A DNA stretch of 64,000 bases from Cetorhinus maximus (taxonomy: Eukaryota), in contig NC_135891.1 in assembly GCF_964194155.1 (NCBI RefSeq), forward strand, positions 49,538,001 to 49,602,000. Reading direction: 5' to 3'. Made by a program: the position numbers and the translations under genes. Below the pieces are notes generated by a model. That model saw only the letters and a program-made list of their open reading frames with translations. It did no database searches and was not told where the DNA came from. The stretch's first letter is position 1, and each line of letters starts with the position of its first letter. Positions 1 through 12,269 of the stretch are shown piece after piece.

Positions 1-1769
1 TTGGCAATGCAGTTCAGCCCATGCAGTAGTGCAGGAGCGATGTCCTGGACCAAGTTCTCTATGGCGGCTGACATCCTAGCAGTGTTGACCTCGATATATG
101 TTGCCATGCTGGCACTATCACCTCAGCCTGAAGGTGGATGGACTCCTCCATTGTGCCTCACAATCTGAGGAATGCAGCGGGCATTCTTCTCTGATGTTCC
201 CGAGCTTGCCTTTGCAGCTCCAGCAACTGTGACATTGACCGAGCCCAAAGGCTTCTCATCTGACTCGGACTCAGCAGACTTCTGGCCTCCAGCAGTCCTC
301 CGAGTGCCAGACAACTGGGAGGTCCCTGCCGCCACATGCTGTGGATCAGAAAATGTGATGTGCTCACCAGATTGTGATCCCGAGGCTATTGTAAAGCTAG
401 GTCCCACCGAAGTGTGTGTCTCTGCGCTGGTGGAGGGTGTAGGTGGGCACTGTGATGGGTTTCAGCTGATTCCTCTTTTGAGCTTCCCTCGGAACTTGAT
501 TGGAGGCCCTGGGTCATGGACTCTCTTGGCAGTTTCCCAGATGTGCCTGCGAAAGCAAAGAGAGATAATTAGTGTATGGCAGTGGCCTGTGAAATTGGAC
601 TCATCACTCACAGCATGGTTATCTGATGGGTGTTGCACTGCTGGATCCTCACTTAGTAGAGCAGTGCCAACCTCACCATCAGCACAGGACCGGTCCAGAT
701 TCTTGCCGGCCAGCTGGATGGCTGTTTTCAAAATCTGAGAGGGCCTTGATTTCAGGAACTCTCCCTCTTGTTGCATGCCAGTTTGTCCTGCATGAATAAA
801 GATGAAGAGAGTATAAGCAGGATGCCTGCCATGCTGGATGATAAGTATGCCTGACATGTGTGGGTGGTGAGTGGTCCCACGGATGGGATGAGGACAATGA
901 TGTTTCCTGTTTCATAGCCCACAGCCATGCAATAATTGTCTCCCCTTGCTTCAACAGGCACATCTGGGAAATAGTCGACAGAGCTGGACAGAGTCCATGA
1001 CCCAGGGCCTCCAATCAAGCCCTGTAGAAACCTCTGTAAAGGAATATGGAGGAACCCACCTTGAAGTGCCATTACAGTGCTCACCACACTCCCCACTAGT
1101 GCAGAGACACACACCTTGGTGGGACCTAGCTTTACAGTAGCCTGGGGATCACAATCTGGTGAACACATCGCCCTGTCTGAGAGAGTGAATGGTGATGTCC
1201 CTTGAACTGGAAGAGAGTGAGGGCCCTGTGGATGTGTGATGGTGTGATGGGATTGTGAGTGTGCGAGTTGAGGATGATGAGAAGGGTGACTTACCCTGGC
1301 AGAACGGAGCAGGTCATTCATTCTTTTGTGGCACTGGATGGCTGTCCTCTTTTACAGGGCATTGGCACTGACCACCACTGCCACCGCCTCCCAAGCCGGA
1401 CTAGTGATGTTGCTGCCCTTCCTGTGGCCAGAGCGGGATTAGAGGTGCTCGAGGGATGTGTCATTGAACCTGGGGGCTGCAGTCTTCTTGTCTTTCGGGG
1501 CCACGTCTTCCATGCAGCAGTCCTGGACTGGAAGCACTGAGAGTTGTACACGCGGCTTCACTTTAAATATGATGAAGCAGCAAGGTGATGGCATGGCGGG
1601 AAAATTAGAGCACACCTGCAATGGAGCCGGCGTGTTTCCTGGGAATGCACAATTAATGCGGTGAGTTTGGGACGATACGGCGTGAGAAGCCGCCATTGCA
1701 GCCGGCGGGTAAAACATTGTTTTACCCGACCAATACCGCACTTAGTGCAACTCTGAGATGATTCTGCCC
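1..1769 (-). mobile_element. PIF/Harbinger DNA transposon, terminal part with decayed intron-containing Myb/SANT gene (truncated by window start)
   Basis: Minus strand reads MEDVAPKDKKTAAPRFNDTSLEHL (from 1512). Splice donor gtaagt at ~1290-1295. Terminus gatgattctgccc at ~1757-1769 resembles gatgattccgccc at 30844-30856. Strong similarity to 29880-30856 (e.g. antisense MQRAFFSDVPELAFAAPATVT vs MQRASLPDVPELAFAAPATVT). Confidence 0.85.
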
Positions 1770-2633
1770 CAAGTCAAACAATCTCATTGAAACTCCTCTG
1801 CACGAGCAATTCTCGGCTTCAGCTTCAAAGATCTCTCCTCTGAATTTTCTCTAAAGGTCACTCCCAGTCGGACAACGTTAAATATGGCCCACCTCACAGA
1901 GCATCAATCTTGCCTTCAGAGATTCCTTCTCCCTGGATTCCTGAGTACTTTCAAACACTAGGTCACAAGCACACTTTCAGATCTATGGCTGTGCCAAGCA
2001 GAACACCACTGCTCCAAAGGGGTCCCTTTGCCCCAGCGGCCCACTGTCTGAAGTCAGTCTGCTAACTGCAGCTCTGTCTTTAATTCAGAGCCTATTTCTT
2101 TGCTCCCTTCTTTTAATTTACTTAACGGAATCTATTCTTGTCACTGTGTATGGGATACTTCTGGCTAGCAGAATCCCCAAACTGACTGCCTCAAGAAGAG
2201 CTGTGCACTGACTCTTGAACTGATCTGGGGACCTATCAAAACATTCCCAGAGGATCCCCCACCTTATGGCTAGGCTGGAACCAATGTGACAAGCATTGGA
2301 ACATCTGATACCTTAAATGTTACACTCCCCACAGGCTTCAAATTGAGCACCCAGGGACACAAAGATCAATGGATTTCATGACAGTTGCAAAATGCAGATC
2401 CCCTGAAATTACAAAATAAAAATGGAAGATCTACAGAACTCTGCATTTTGTATTAAAGCCCATGGATCATATGCTGTTAAGTTAACTTCCTTACATTCTC
2501 AATAATTTACATACTATGGGGTATTTAAATGGTTGATGGCTGCCAGGGCAATGGTAACATCTAAAGTTCTGACTCTGAGACTATGAACATGGCTGCCATG
2601 GAATGGATCCCTGGATCCGCTGGGCCTCCCCTG

Positions 2634-2890
2634 TTAGTTCTGGAAAATAACTCTCTTGCAATTTGCAACTATCTCTTTCTGCCATTTCCATGACTGTGTT
2701 CTCATCACAGGTCTCCTTCCACATAGCTTATTATCCTTACTCAGAAGCATGGCGTAGATTTTTATGTTCTTTGGACATCCATTGACTGTGTCTCTGAGGT
2801 TGATTTCTAAGTTTGTGTCAAACCCACAGTGACAGGAGAGCTTCTTTAATTTGAGAATGTAATCTGCAATTGTCTCACTTAGCAAATGCT
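2634..2890 (-). pseudogene. Ty3/Gypsy gag relic
   Basis: ETIADYILKLKKLSCHCGFDTNLEINLRD matches the retrotransposon gag major-homology-region pattern (E-x-I-x-x-Y-x-x-x-L-x-x-L-x-x-x-C-x-F...LRD). Confidence 0.75.
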
Positions 2891-4364
2891 TCCTTCAGTG
2901 CAATCTCATACTTAGCTGTGCCATAATATGAGTCCAGAATCCCATCAATTTTGGAATAGTCCATAATATTGGGGTCTGCTTCATTCCTAATTATACCACT
3001 CCTCTTTGTTGGGGTTGAGTTCCCCCACTGTTCCTAACTATGTCTTCAGTGCCATTCTTTCAATTCATTTGCCATGCTAACTCATTGTGTACCTGAGCAC
3101 AATATGCACGTAGCAATCTTTCAAATATATAAAAATTCCTCAAAACCAACTTCAGAAGTTTCAAAACTTTGACGCAATCTTCTTCAGTCCTTAATTTCTC
3201 AAATGAAATGTAAAAGAAAATTCCATCCCAGCCTCGACATCATCTTTCTGTTCTGTATTGCACTGAGTAAGACTAACACATGCTCAGCTGCAGGCAGCCA
3301 TTATTGAACACATTTATTTGCACCTCCCCAACAGAGATGGCAAATTAACAACATGCTCAGATCTTGCAATATACTTTACAGACCCCACCTAAATTTCTGA
3401 TATGCTCTCCTTGAAATGAAGGTCCCTCACTGCCAGCTGAAAGTTTGAAAACTACTACTACTGTACCCAAGTCTCATTGCCTACTTTGTCTATGTGTTTT
3501 GACAGTGCACCTTGGAAGTTTCAAGCAGTTCTTTAGCTTGAACCACCTATCTCATTGCCATCAACTGAACATCTTAATAATGAAATAATTAAATCGTACA
3601 ATAATTCCTCATTGGGGATTGGTGCTGAGCTGAAAACTTTCTCCAATACTGCTTATGGAGCAAGAGAATCTAATTATAGCAGTAAGATGTAGCTTTTCTG
3701 CAATTTGAAAACATCTCAACTCCCTTTTTCCCCTTAATAGAGCATAGAAGAACTTGTCTAGTACCAGGTCATATTGAAGTTTGTCTCTGGACATCCTACT
3801 TACATCTCCTTTTCCTCATACTAACGAAAAGCAATATTCTTAATAGAAAAAACCAATTAGTTTTTCTGCTCTCGTGCATTTTCTCATTATTCCATTATTT
3901 TGCCATCCCAAGCCCTGTCACCTATGAGGACCCCAGTCCAAATGCTTCTTCATGTAACATCAAATGACTGCTGCTCCTACTGTGATAGCAATACAACACA
4001 TAGATTTTAAATCCTACTCCTTAATTTAATTGTTAGTAAAAAATTAAGAACTACTGACGCAAATTATTTTGTGTCTTTTGCAGAGACATAACACTATAAA
4101 TTGTGTTGGAAGTTAATTGTAGGTTAAAAATATTGAAGAATTCCATTAGTGAACATAAACCTGAACTACATCTTGCATCCTAGCTAATGAGCCAAAGGAA
4201 AATTTGCGTTAATCTTCTTAATTAGCTGTGAATCACAATTAGCAGACATCTAAACTGCAATGTGATAGCCAAGAAAGATATTTATTGAGGAAAACTGCTG
4301 TACAATTGGTCATTATAAAGGTTTTAAAGGCCAGGTGCTGCAACTCTTCCTGCAAGTGGTTAGG

Positions 4365-4443
4365 GAGCGTAAGGACAATTAGGGATGGGTAATAAATGCT
4401 GGCCTAGCCAGCGACGTCCATATCCCATAAACGAATAATAAAA
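4365..4443 (+). mobile_element. 3' tail of a second CR1/L2-group LINE lineage (or its partner SINE)
   Basis: caattagggatgggtaataaatgctggcctagccagcgacgtccatatcccat plus A-rich end. The same tail is at 30965-31040 (-) and 50910-50966 (+). Confidence 0.75.
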
Positions 4444-6002
4444 GGGTGACAAGTCCCCAGGACCAGATGGCTTACATCCCAGGGTCTTAAAGGAAGCGGC
4501 AGCGGAGATAGTAGATGCATTGGCTATAATATTCCAAAATTCCTGGGATTCTGAAAAGGTTCCAGTGGATTAGAAAAAGATAATATAACGCCCTTATTCA
4601 AAAAGTGGGGGGGAGTTTAACGCCTGTCATTGGGAAATTGTTGGAATCCATTATTAAGGAAGTAGTAATGGGGCATTTGGAAAGTCAAAATGCAATTCAT
4701 CAGAGTCAGCATGGTTTTATGAAGAGTAAATCATGTTTGACTAATTTACTAGAGTTCTTTGAAGATGTGACAAGCAAAGTGGATGATGGGGATCCTGTAG
4801 ATGTAGTATATCTGGGTTTCTAGAAGGTCTTTGATAATGTGCCACACAAAAGATTAATACACAAGATCACACAGAGTTAGGGGTAATATATTAGCTTGGA
4901 TAGAGGATTGGCTAACCAACAGAAAGCAGAGAGTTGGGATAAATGGGTCTTTTTCTGGATGGCAAGCTGTAACTAGTGGGGTACCACAGGGTTCGGTCCT
5001 TGGGCCCCAACTATTTACAATCTATATTAATGACTTGGATTCAGGGATAGAAGGTACTGATGCTAAATTTGCAGATGACACCAAAATAGGTGGGAAAGTA
5101 AGTTGCAATGAAGAAATAAGGAATTTACAAATGGATATGGACAGGTTAGGTGAATGGGCCAAAATTTGGTAGATGGAGTTTAATGTGGATTAGTGTGAGG
5201 TTATCCATTTTGGTCGGAAGAGTGAAAAGGCGACTTATTATTTAAATGGAGAGAAACTTCAGAATGCTTCAGTGCAGAGGGATCTGGGTGTCCTCATGCA
5301 TGAATCGCTGAAAGCCAGTGTGCAGGTACAGCAGGTAATAAGGAAGGCAAATTGAATTTTGGCATTTATTGCTAAAGGAATAGAGTATTAAAACAGGGAA
5401 GTGTTGTTGCAACTGTATAAGGCATTGGTGAGACCGCACCTGGAGTACTGTGCATAGTTTTGGTTCCCTTACTTGAGGAAGGATGTAGTTGTATTGGAGG
5501 CAGTTCAGAGGAGATTCACTAGATTGATTCCAGAGATGCGTGGCTTGTCTTATGAGGGGAGAATGAGCAGTTTAGGCCAAACTCGCTAGAGTTTAGAAGG
5601 ATGAGAGGAGATCTAATTGAGGTATATAAGATGCTAAAGGGGACAGACAAAGTAGATGTGGAGCGGATGTTTCCCCTTGTGGGGCATTCTAGAACGAGAG
5701 GCCATAGTTTTAGGCTAAGGGGTGGTAGATTTAAATCAGAGATGAAGAGGAATTACTTTTCTCAAAGGGTCGCGAATCTGTGGAATTCACTACCTCAGAG
5801 TGCAGTGGATGCCAGTACGCTGAATAAATTTAAGGAGGAGATAGACAGATTTTTAATTGGTAACAGGTTCAAAGGTTATAGGGAGAGGGCGGGAAATTGG
5901 AGTCGATGCCTAAATGAGATCAGCCATGATCGTATTGAATGGCGGGGCAGACTCGAGGGGCTGAATTGCCTACTTCTGCTCCTAGTTCTTATGTTCTTAT
6001 GT
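4444..6002 (+). mobile_element. CR1 LINE, 5'-truncated, decayed RT
   Basis: SQHGFMKSKSCLTNLLEFFEDVT, SGVPQGSVLGPQLFTIYINDL, KFADDTK, MRGDLIEVYKML. In-frame stops. Ends in a (gttcttat)n tail. Confidence 0.95.
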
Positions 6003-6244
6003 AAAAAAATTGTGGTTCCCTCACACCTCACCTTCCAGAAGTGCCTGGAGTAATATTTATGGGAGGGGCTTTTCAAAAAAGCAGACCAAACTAGATAGCC
6101 AAACATGATTGTCTCAAATATTGATGCTTTGGAATATTCCATCTAAGGAGTTCTACGACTAAGGAATTCAAGCAGACCACCATGAAATCTTGCTTTAAGT
6201 CAGCATAGGGAATCAGATAAGAAGGAAGCTCTTTAAGAAAATTT

Positions 6245-6440
6245 TATTGGGATGTGGTTAACACTGACAAGACTGCATTTGTTCATCATCCCCAGTTACT
6301 TTCAGAAGATGAAGGTCGGCCCCTTCTTTGAACTGCTGAAGTCCTTGGGGTGTTTGTGCTACCAAAGTGGTGTTAGCAAGGGGATGCTGGGTTTTTCACT
6401 CAGTGGTGATGAAGCAATGGTGATATATGTTCCAAATCAT
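6245..6440 (-). mobile_element. Degenerate 3' end of second-lineage LINE
   Basis: Visual similarity to 30985-31180 (gggatgtgg...gcattt...catccc...gaagatgaaggt). Confidence 0.55.
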
Positions 6441-6454
6441 TGAAACTCAGCTTC

Positions 6455-7395
6455 ATAAACACAGTAGCTTATCTGAAATGAATACCTCTGGCAATCCATG
6501 GATGGCGTAGGTCTGACATACGTTTTCTATAGCACCTGAGATTGGCGACTTTACCTCATAAATGTCTAACAACTAGGAATGAGCATCTATAATTAGTAGA
6601 AACATGGTTTCAAGGAAAGGACTGATGTAATCTATGTGCAATCACACCGAGGGTCTACCAGGCCACCCCAATGGGTGTAATGGGGCTGCCACTGGCAACT
6701 TTTGTAGCTGTTGATATTGCACACAGTGTTTTACCACCCTTTCATTATCGCTGTCCATCCCCAGCCACCAAAGATAACTTTGCGCTATCGTCTTCAGGTG
6801 TGAGGTTCCTGGATGGGCACTGTGTAGCTCTACTAACTAAGAGTGGTTCCCTTCCTTGTGAAGGAATGACTACTCATGCACACCACAATAGAATACCATT
6901 TTGACTGCTCATCTCATGTATTTGGTTGAAAAATGGCTTCAATTCATCAGGGACTGGCTCCTGGGGCAAACCATGTAACATTTGGTCTCTCACTCGAGAC
7001 AGGACTGGATCACAATTCGGCCAGTTTATTATTTGCCTAGCACAGACTGGTGAGAAATCTAGGAAATTCATCACTAACATGAGTTCTTGGGGAATTGGTA
7101 CAATGTCATTGGTTCTCTTGCCAAGGAAGGCGACTTAGGGCATCAAAATTTGCTATATGAATCCCTGGTCTATGTACGAAGCTGTATTCATATGCTGCCA
7201 AAATAAGGACTCATCTTTGTATTCATGCAGAAGCTATGGGTGGTATAGCCATTTCCTTGCTAAACAAACCCAAAAGTGGTTTGTGATATGATACTATTGT
7301 GAAATGTCGTGCGTACGCGTATTAGTGGAATTTCTTTACACCAAAAATAAATGAAAGGCCTTCTTTTTTGATCTGAGAATATCCTTTTTCACATG
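6455..7395 (-). pseudogene. Ty3/Gypsy pol relic (RNase H to integrase N-terminal part)
   Basis: Minus strand gives FIFGVKKFH, HFTIVSYHKPLLGLF, ILAAYEYSF, DPVLSRVRDQMLHGLP...ELKPFF...GILLW and LLIIDAHS, with stops and frameshifts. Confidence 0.88.
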
Positions 7396-7896
7396 TGAAC
7401 GTGATGAAGTTGTTGGCTTCAGTGAATTATGGATCTGGGACCTCCTTGATACTTCTGTAGACAGCAAACTGGCTGACATTATAATTGTGCCACTGATAAT
7501 GTAGAAGAAACCTGAAACATGAAAGTTGGGGCTGCATTGCTCTTGATGTTACAAGCATTGGCAAGAGCTTCTTGACTGAGATGGCCTTGTTCTATCTGTT
7601 CCTCCCTCCTCATCACGCGGAGTCACATCTGTACTGTTATTACCAGCTAGCTACAATTCCATTGTGTAGCTGAGTGTATCATGGACATCATGGAGCACCA
7701 TTTTCCAGCCCTTCCTGATTCATGGAGCACTGAAAGCATAGTGGACAAACACCTAGAATGTAGAAATAAATTTTGCCAGGGTGGACTGTGATAAAAATGT
7801 TTGTCCTCTCTGAGGTATGTTTCTTAGCTTAAAACAGGTTCTTTTGCAAAGTTACCATTTTCAAAGTAGCTTCTGCAGCTGTTTGCTATGAAATGC

Positions 7897-8230
7897 GAAC
7901 ATACATACGAACATATGAATTAGGAGCAGGAGTAGGCCACTTGGCCCCTCGAGCCTGCTCCATCATTCAATAAGATCATGGCTGACCTGAATGTAACCTC
8001 AAATCCACATTCCTGCCTACCCCGATAACCTTTCACCCCGTTGTTAATCAAGAATCTATCTAGCTCTGTCTTAAAAATATTCAAAGATTCTCTTCCATCA
8101 CCTTTTGAGGAAGAGAGTTCCAAAGACACTCAACCCTCTGAGAGAAAACAATTCTCCTCATCTCTGTCTTAAATGAATGACCCCTTATATTTAATAGTGA
8201 CCCCTAGTTCTAGATTCTCCCACAAGGGCA
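7897..8230 (-). mobile_element. CR1 LINE 3' end
   Basis: ESLNIFKTELDRFLINNGVKGY and a 3'UTR homologous to 5800-6002. Confidence 0.9.
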
Positions 8231-8404
8231 ATCCTATTGCGTCAATATTCTTCCCTAGAAATGTGCTCCGCCATTCCATACTACCATGGGCTCAAATTTG
8301 GTGGACCAGGCCATGAGTAATGGCCAGCTGCACTGCAAGCACAGACTTGCCACCTGTAGAGCCTAGCATCAGGAATCAGGGTGGAATCAAGAGCACAACG
8401 GCAG

Positions 8405-8903
8405 GGGCTGAATTTTCCCCCCGTCGGGGGGGAAGTTGATGGGTGGGCACACACAGACGCGCTTCCGATCAGCGCAGCCTCAGGGAAATCGGCTGAAAAT
8501 GTTAAAAACCTAAAAATAGAAATGTAAAATTTCCCTAACATGTCCCCTCGTGTGACATGACAATGTCACATGAGTTGGGATATGTCCATAATTTTCCAAA
8601 AAACTTTATTAAACTTTTTTAAAAGCTACATGAAACCTCATCCTGCCTGTGAATGAGGTTTCATGCTTTTTCTAGTTCGCACTGGGGCTCCTGGCCTGCC
8701 TGCCAACCTTAAGGTTGGACGGGCAGGTCCTTTAGTTACATAATTGACTCCGTCAATGGCTTCAATTTTGCTGCACCCCCACCTTCCTGAAAATTTAAAT
8801 GGGGCACAGTGACGTCGGAAGTTCCCCCTAACGTCACCGTGCGTCATTTTACACGTCGGCGAGCGGGCCCCGCCCCCAATCGCCGACAAGTAAACTCCTG
8901 CCC
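8405..8903. mobile_element. Non-autonomous Harbinger-type MITE
   Basis: Ends gggctgaatttt...aaactcctgccc. TSD CAG on both sides (8402-8404, 8904-8906). A longer homologue is at 51392-52119. Confidence 0.88.
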
Positions 8904-10521
8904 CAGGTCTTCCACCTCAATTTCCAAATTTTGTCCTATTTACCCAATTGCTGGTGGGGGGGGGAGGGGGGGGCGCCTTGTCCTGGAACCCACTTCCCAC
9001 TAAATCTCTCAATTTAAGGAGGCCCAACAACAAGATGAAATGAACCAAATAGTTAACCTAGCACAGCAGAAAACAATGATTTGTTGTCCCTCGAAGTCTT
9101 CTGGCTACAAGATTTCCTCAAGCAAGAATTTTCATTTCAGTCATTTTAACACATTTAAAAAGAGAGTGCAACATGTTTGTTTTCAAAACAGCTGGTGGTC
9201 TCTGCAAATTCTATTCCTAGTTAGATTTGCAGGAGGGAATAAACAGAACCATTGCCCATTCAATGTTCCTATTACTTTGAAGGGATTTGGAAACTTTTAA
9301 AAATGAAATATAGTGTACATATGTAACATCGAAATGCTAAATATAATGGTTGAGGAGACAAAATCATTAATTGAGTTATTAAACAATATTATAAATGTGA
9401 GATTATCAAGCATTATTAGCCAATTGGTAAGTGTTTCTCTTTAAATGTGATTTGATTGAAGGACTGTTATTGAAGACAGCCAACACAGATACATTTTGCT
9501 TGGAGGCAATCATTAACAGATTTTTTTTGCAGAACTAATGAATACATTTTGTACATCATTTGCAACCAGTAAGTTGATCTTTCGCCCCATATGTTGCCAT
9601 AACAACTGGCCTAAGCATTCCTTTGAAGGTTATGTAGGCCATAACAGCAGTATCTACATAATATTGTCAATTTTCTCACACTATTAATTTGTTTCCATTA
9701 TGATACCCTGAGCCTACAATAATTTCACAATATTATTTTACATTTTGAAGTAGATTTAATGTAAATTTAAAGACTTTTGATAGATTTTCTGGTCATTTGC
9801 ATCAGATGTACAAGCACAGGAGAATTGGCTGAGCAGTCATACATTGTACCAAATTCACTCTGCCTGACCAACTGCACTTTGTACAATTTCACCAACAGCC
9901 TTTTAAACATCAGAGATTAATGCTATTCTAGACTAGATTCTTACTAGCAGCCAGATCATTGAGCAGAGTTATAGCAGGAGCTCATATAAATCCAAGATTG
10001 CGAAGCTCTCCTCCTGGCCCTCTTATAAGCCATGTTTAGAATAAGCCAACATTCTGTCCATCCTAGGCACTGTTGGAAATTGCTGATCCTTCCTCCTCTG
10101 GGAGGAGATCGCCCAGTTGCAGACCTTGCCCAGATTTCCACCCTCCCCAACCTTAAGTTTATTCACTCAGTCTTCTAGTCAGCCCAAGGATTCTCACATG
10201 CAACATGCCTGTTGAGCTCTCTTCCACCTGTTAATAACATTCTGTCTGTCCATAAATGGTACAATAACTTAGGGAACAAGTCAAAGACAATGTAGTCAAA
10301 CCATTATAACAGAGCTATTTGCAATAAAATGATTGTTTAAATTAGAATAGGATTTCTGTCCACCCATAGGATAGCTGTGAAAACCCTAACTATTTTTCTG
10401 GCTTAAATGGTCCTCATTGTGTCCATAAAACAGGGTAACAGCCATCTTTCTGCTGCTAAAACAAAAACAGAATTACCTGGAAAACCTCAGCAGGTCTGGC
10501 AGCATCGGCGGAGAAGAAAAG

Positions 10522-10560
10522 AGTTGACGTTTCGAGTCCTCATGACCATTCAACAGAACT
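10522..10560 (-). ncRNA. Minimal hammerhead-ribozyme-like motif (variant core CUGUUGA)
   Basis: Minus strand agtt-CTGTTGA-a-tggtc atgag gactc-GAAAC-GTC-aact. Confidence 0.6.
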
Positions 10561-11178
10561 GAGTAATATTAGGAGAGGGGTCAAATATAAGCTGGTTTAA
10601 GGTGGGGGGGGTGGAGGAGAGAAGTGATAGGAGCAGATAATCAAAAGATGTCACAGACAAAGGAACAGAGATGTTGAAGGTGGTGATATTATCTAAACGA
10701 ATATGCTAATTAAAAATAGATGGCAGGACACTCAAGGTACAGCTCTAGTGGGGGTGGAGTGGAAAGACTAACAGGGCATTAAAAGTATAGATTTAAAAAT
10801 AATGAAAATAGGTGTGGTGGGAAAAGAAAAATCTATATAAATTATTGGAAAAAACAAAAGGGAGGGGGAAGAAACGGTAAGGGGGTGGGGATGGAGGAGG
10901 GAGTTCAAGATCTAAAATTGTTGAATTCAATATTCAGTCAGGAAGGCTGTAAAGTGCCTAGTAGGAAGATGAGGTGCTGTTCCTTCAGTTTGCGTTGGGC
11001 TTCACTGGAACAATGCAGCAAGCCAAGGACAGACACGTGGGCAAGAGAGCAGGGTGGAGTGTTAAAATGGCAAGCGACAGGGAGGTACAACCACCGCCCC
11101 CCCACCCCCCCAAACTTCTCTCCCCCCACCCCCCCACCTTAAACAAGCTTATATTTCACCCCTCTCCTAATATTACTC

Positions 11179-11216
11179 AGTTCTGTTGAAGGGTCATGAG
11201 GACTCGAAACGTCAAC
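11179..11216 (+). ncRNA. Minimal hammerhead-ribozyme-like motif (variant core CUGUUGA)
   Basis: gtt-CTGTTGA-a-gggtc atgag gactc-GAAAC-GTC-aac: stem I gtt/aac, stem II gggtc/gactc. Confidence 0.65.
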
Positions 11217-12269
11217 ACTTTTCTTCTCCGCCGATGCTGCCAGACCTGCTGAGTTTTTCCAGGTAATTCTGTTTTTGTTTTGGATTTCCAGCATCCGCAG
11301 TTTTTTGTTTTTATTTCTGCTCCTAACTGTTTTGTTACCACTGGGAGGGTGAGAAACATTTTGACTGCAGTAGTTAAAAGGCCAAAGTAGCTTAAAGTGT
11401 CAGAAGCTCTTGAATTGGAGGAATAGAGATGGAAGCAATGAGAGCCTTGTGATGCCCACCTGGAGTGTATCTGTCACCTTCTTAATGCAATAACATATTG
11501 TAGATGGACTTCTACAACTGTGGTCACATGAGGCTACCTGGAATGGCTTCAGAGCCTATGAATGATAGGCTGTGGTCACTTTAGCATCTGAAGACTGTGG
11601 TGTGCTGCATGTTTGTAACAACATTTAGTATAAATTCCCAATAGCAGGGAAACACGATGCATTGCCTCCTGGAAAAATTGAAGTTGGACCTCTAAAGTCT
11701 TAAGATACTGTGGAGTGGGTATTAATTTATTGGAAACAAATGTCTGCTGTGTTGCCTCATTCTGAGTTATCAAGGTTCTTCCTTCTCATCCATGCACATC
11801 TTCCTCCATGCAGATGTAAACGCTAGGCTCAGGATGGATAGTAAAGGGGAACTGGTCATTTTCTTTGGAGTAAAAGTGTTCACCTATTTCTCAGAGCAGG
11901 ATGTGGGGTCATGGCACTTCACCCAATTTATTTCTGCATAACAAAAATGCAGCCCTTCATTCGAAATAACAATCGGGTTTAAGCACAAACTGTTTAAGAG
12001 TTTTATGGCTGTAAGTTGACATACCCTAGATTCCAGGTACATGGTCTGCGATTCAAAACCTGCCACACCAATTCCATTAAATGTGGTGCTCCTGCCTCAC
12101 TATCCTGGATGCAGTGGAGGGCTGAGTGTCTGTAGCACTGCTGGTTGCCTCTGCACTATGCATGGACCAAACAGCGTTGCCTTAATAGCATAAGATGCAG
12201 CCAGCCTGTTCTTCTTAAAGGGAAGCTGCTCGAACTAATATTGCTGCAATTTAAAACATGAAAGATCAA

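Larger units (their letters stand above)
10460..11313 (-). mobile_element. Penelope-like retroelement (GIY-YIG C-terminus plus 3' region) with inverted terminal duplication
   Basis: Minus frame LPVACHFNTPPCSLAHVSVLGLLHCSSEAQRKLKEQHLIFLLGTLQPS*LNIEF is typical of the PLE GIY-YIG C-terminus. ~10460-10612 is the reverse complement of ~11130-11281. TSD tttctgctgctaa / tttctgctcctaa (10447-10459, 11314-11326). Confidence 0.9.
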
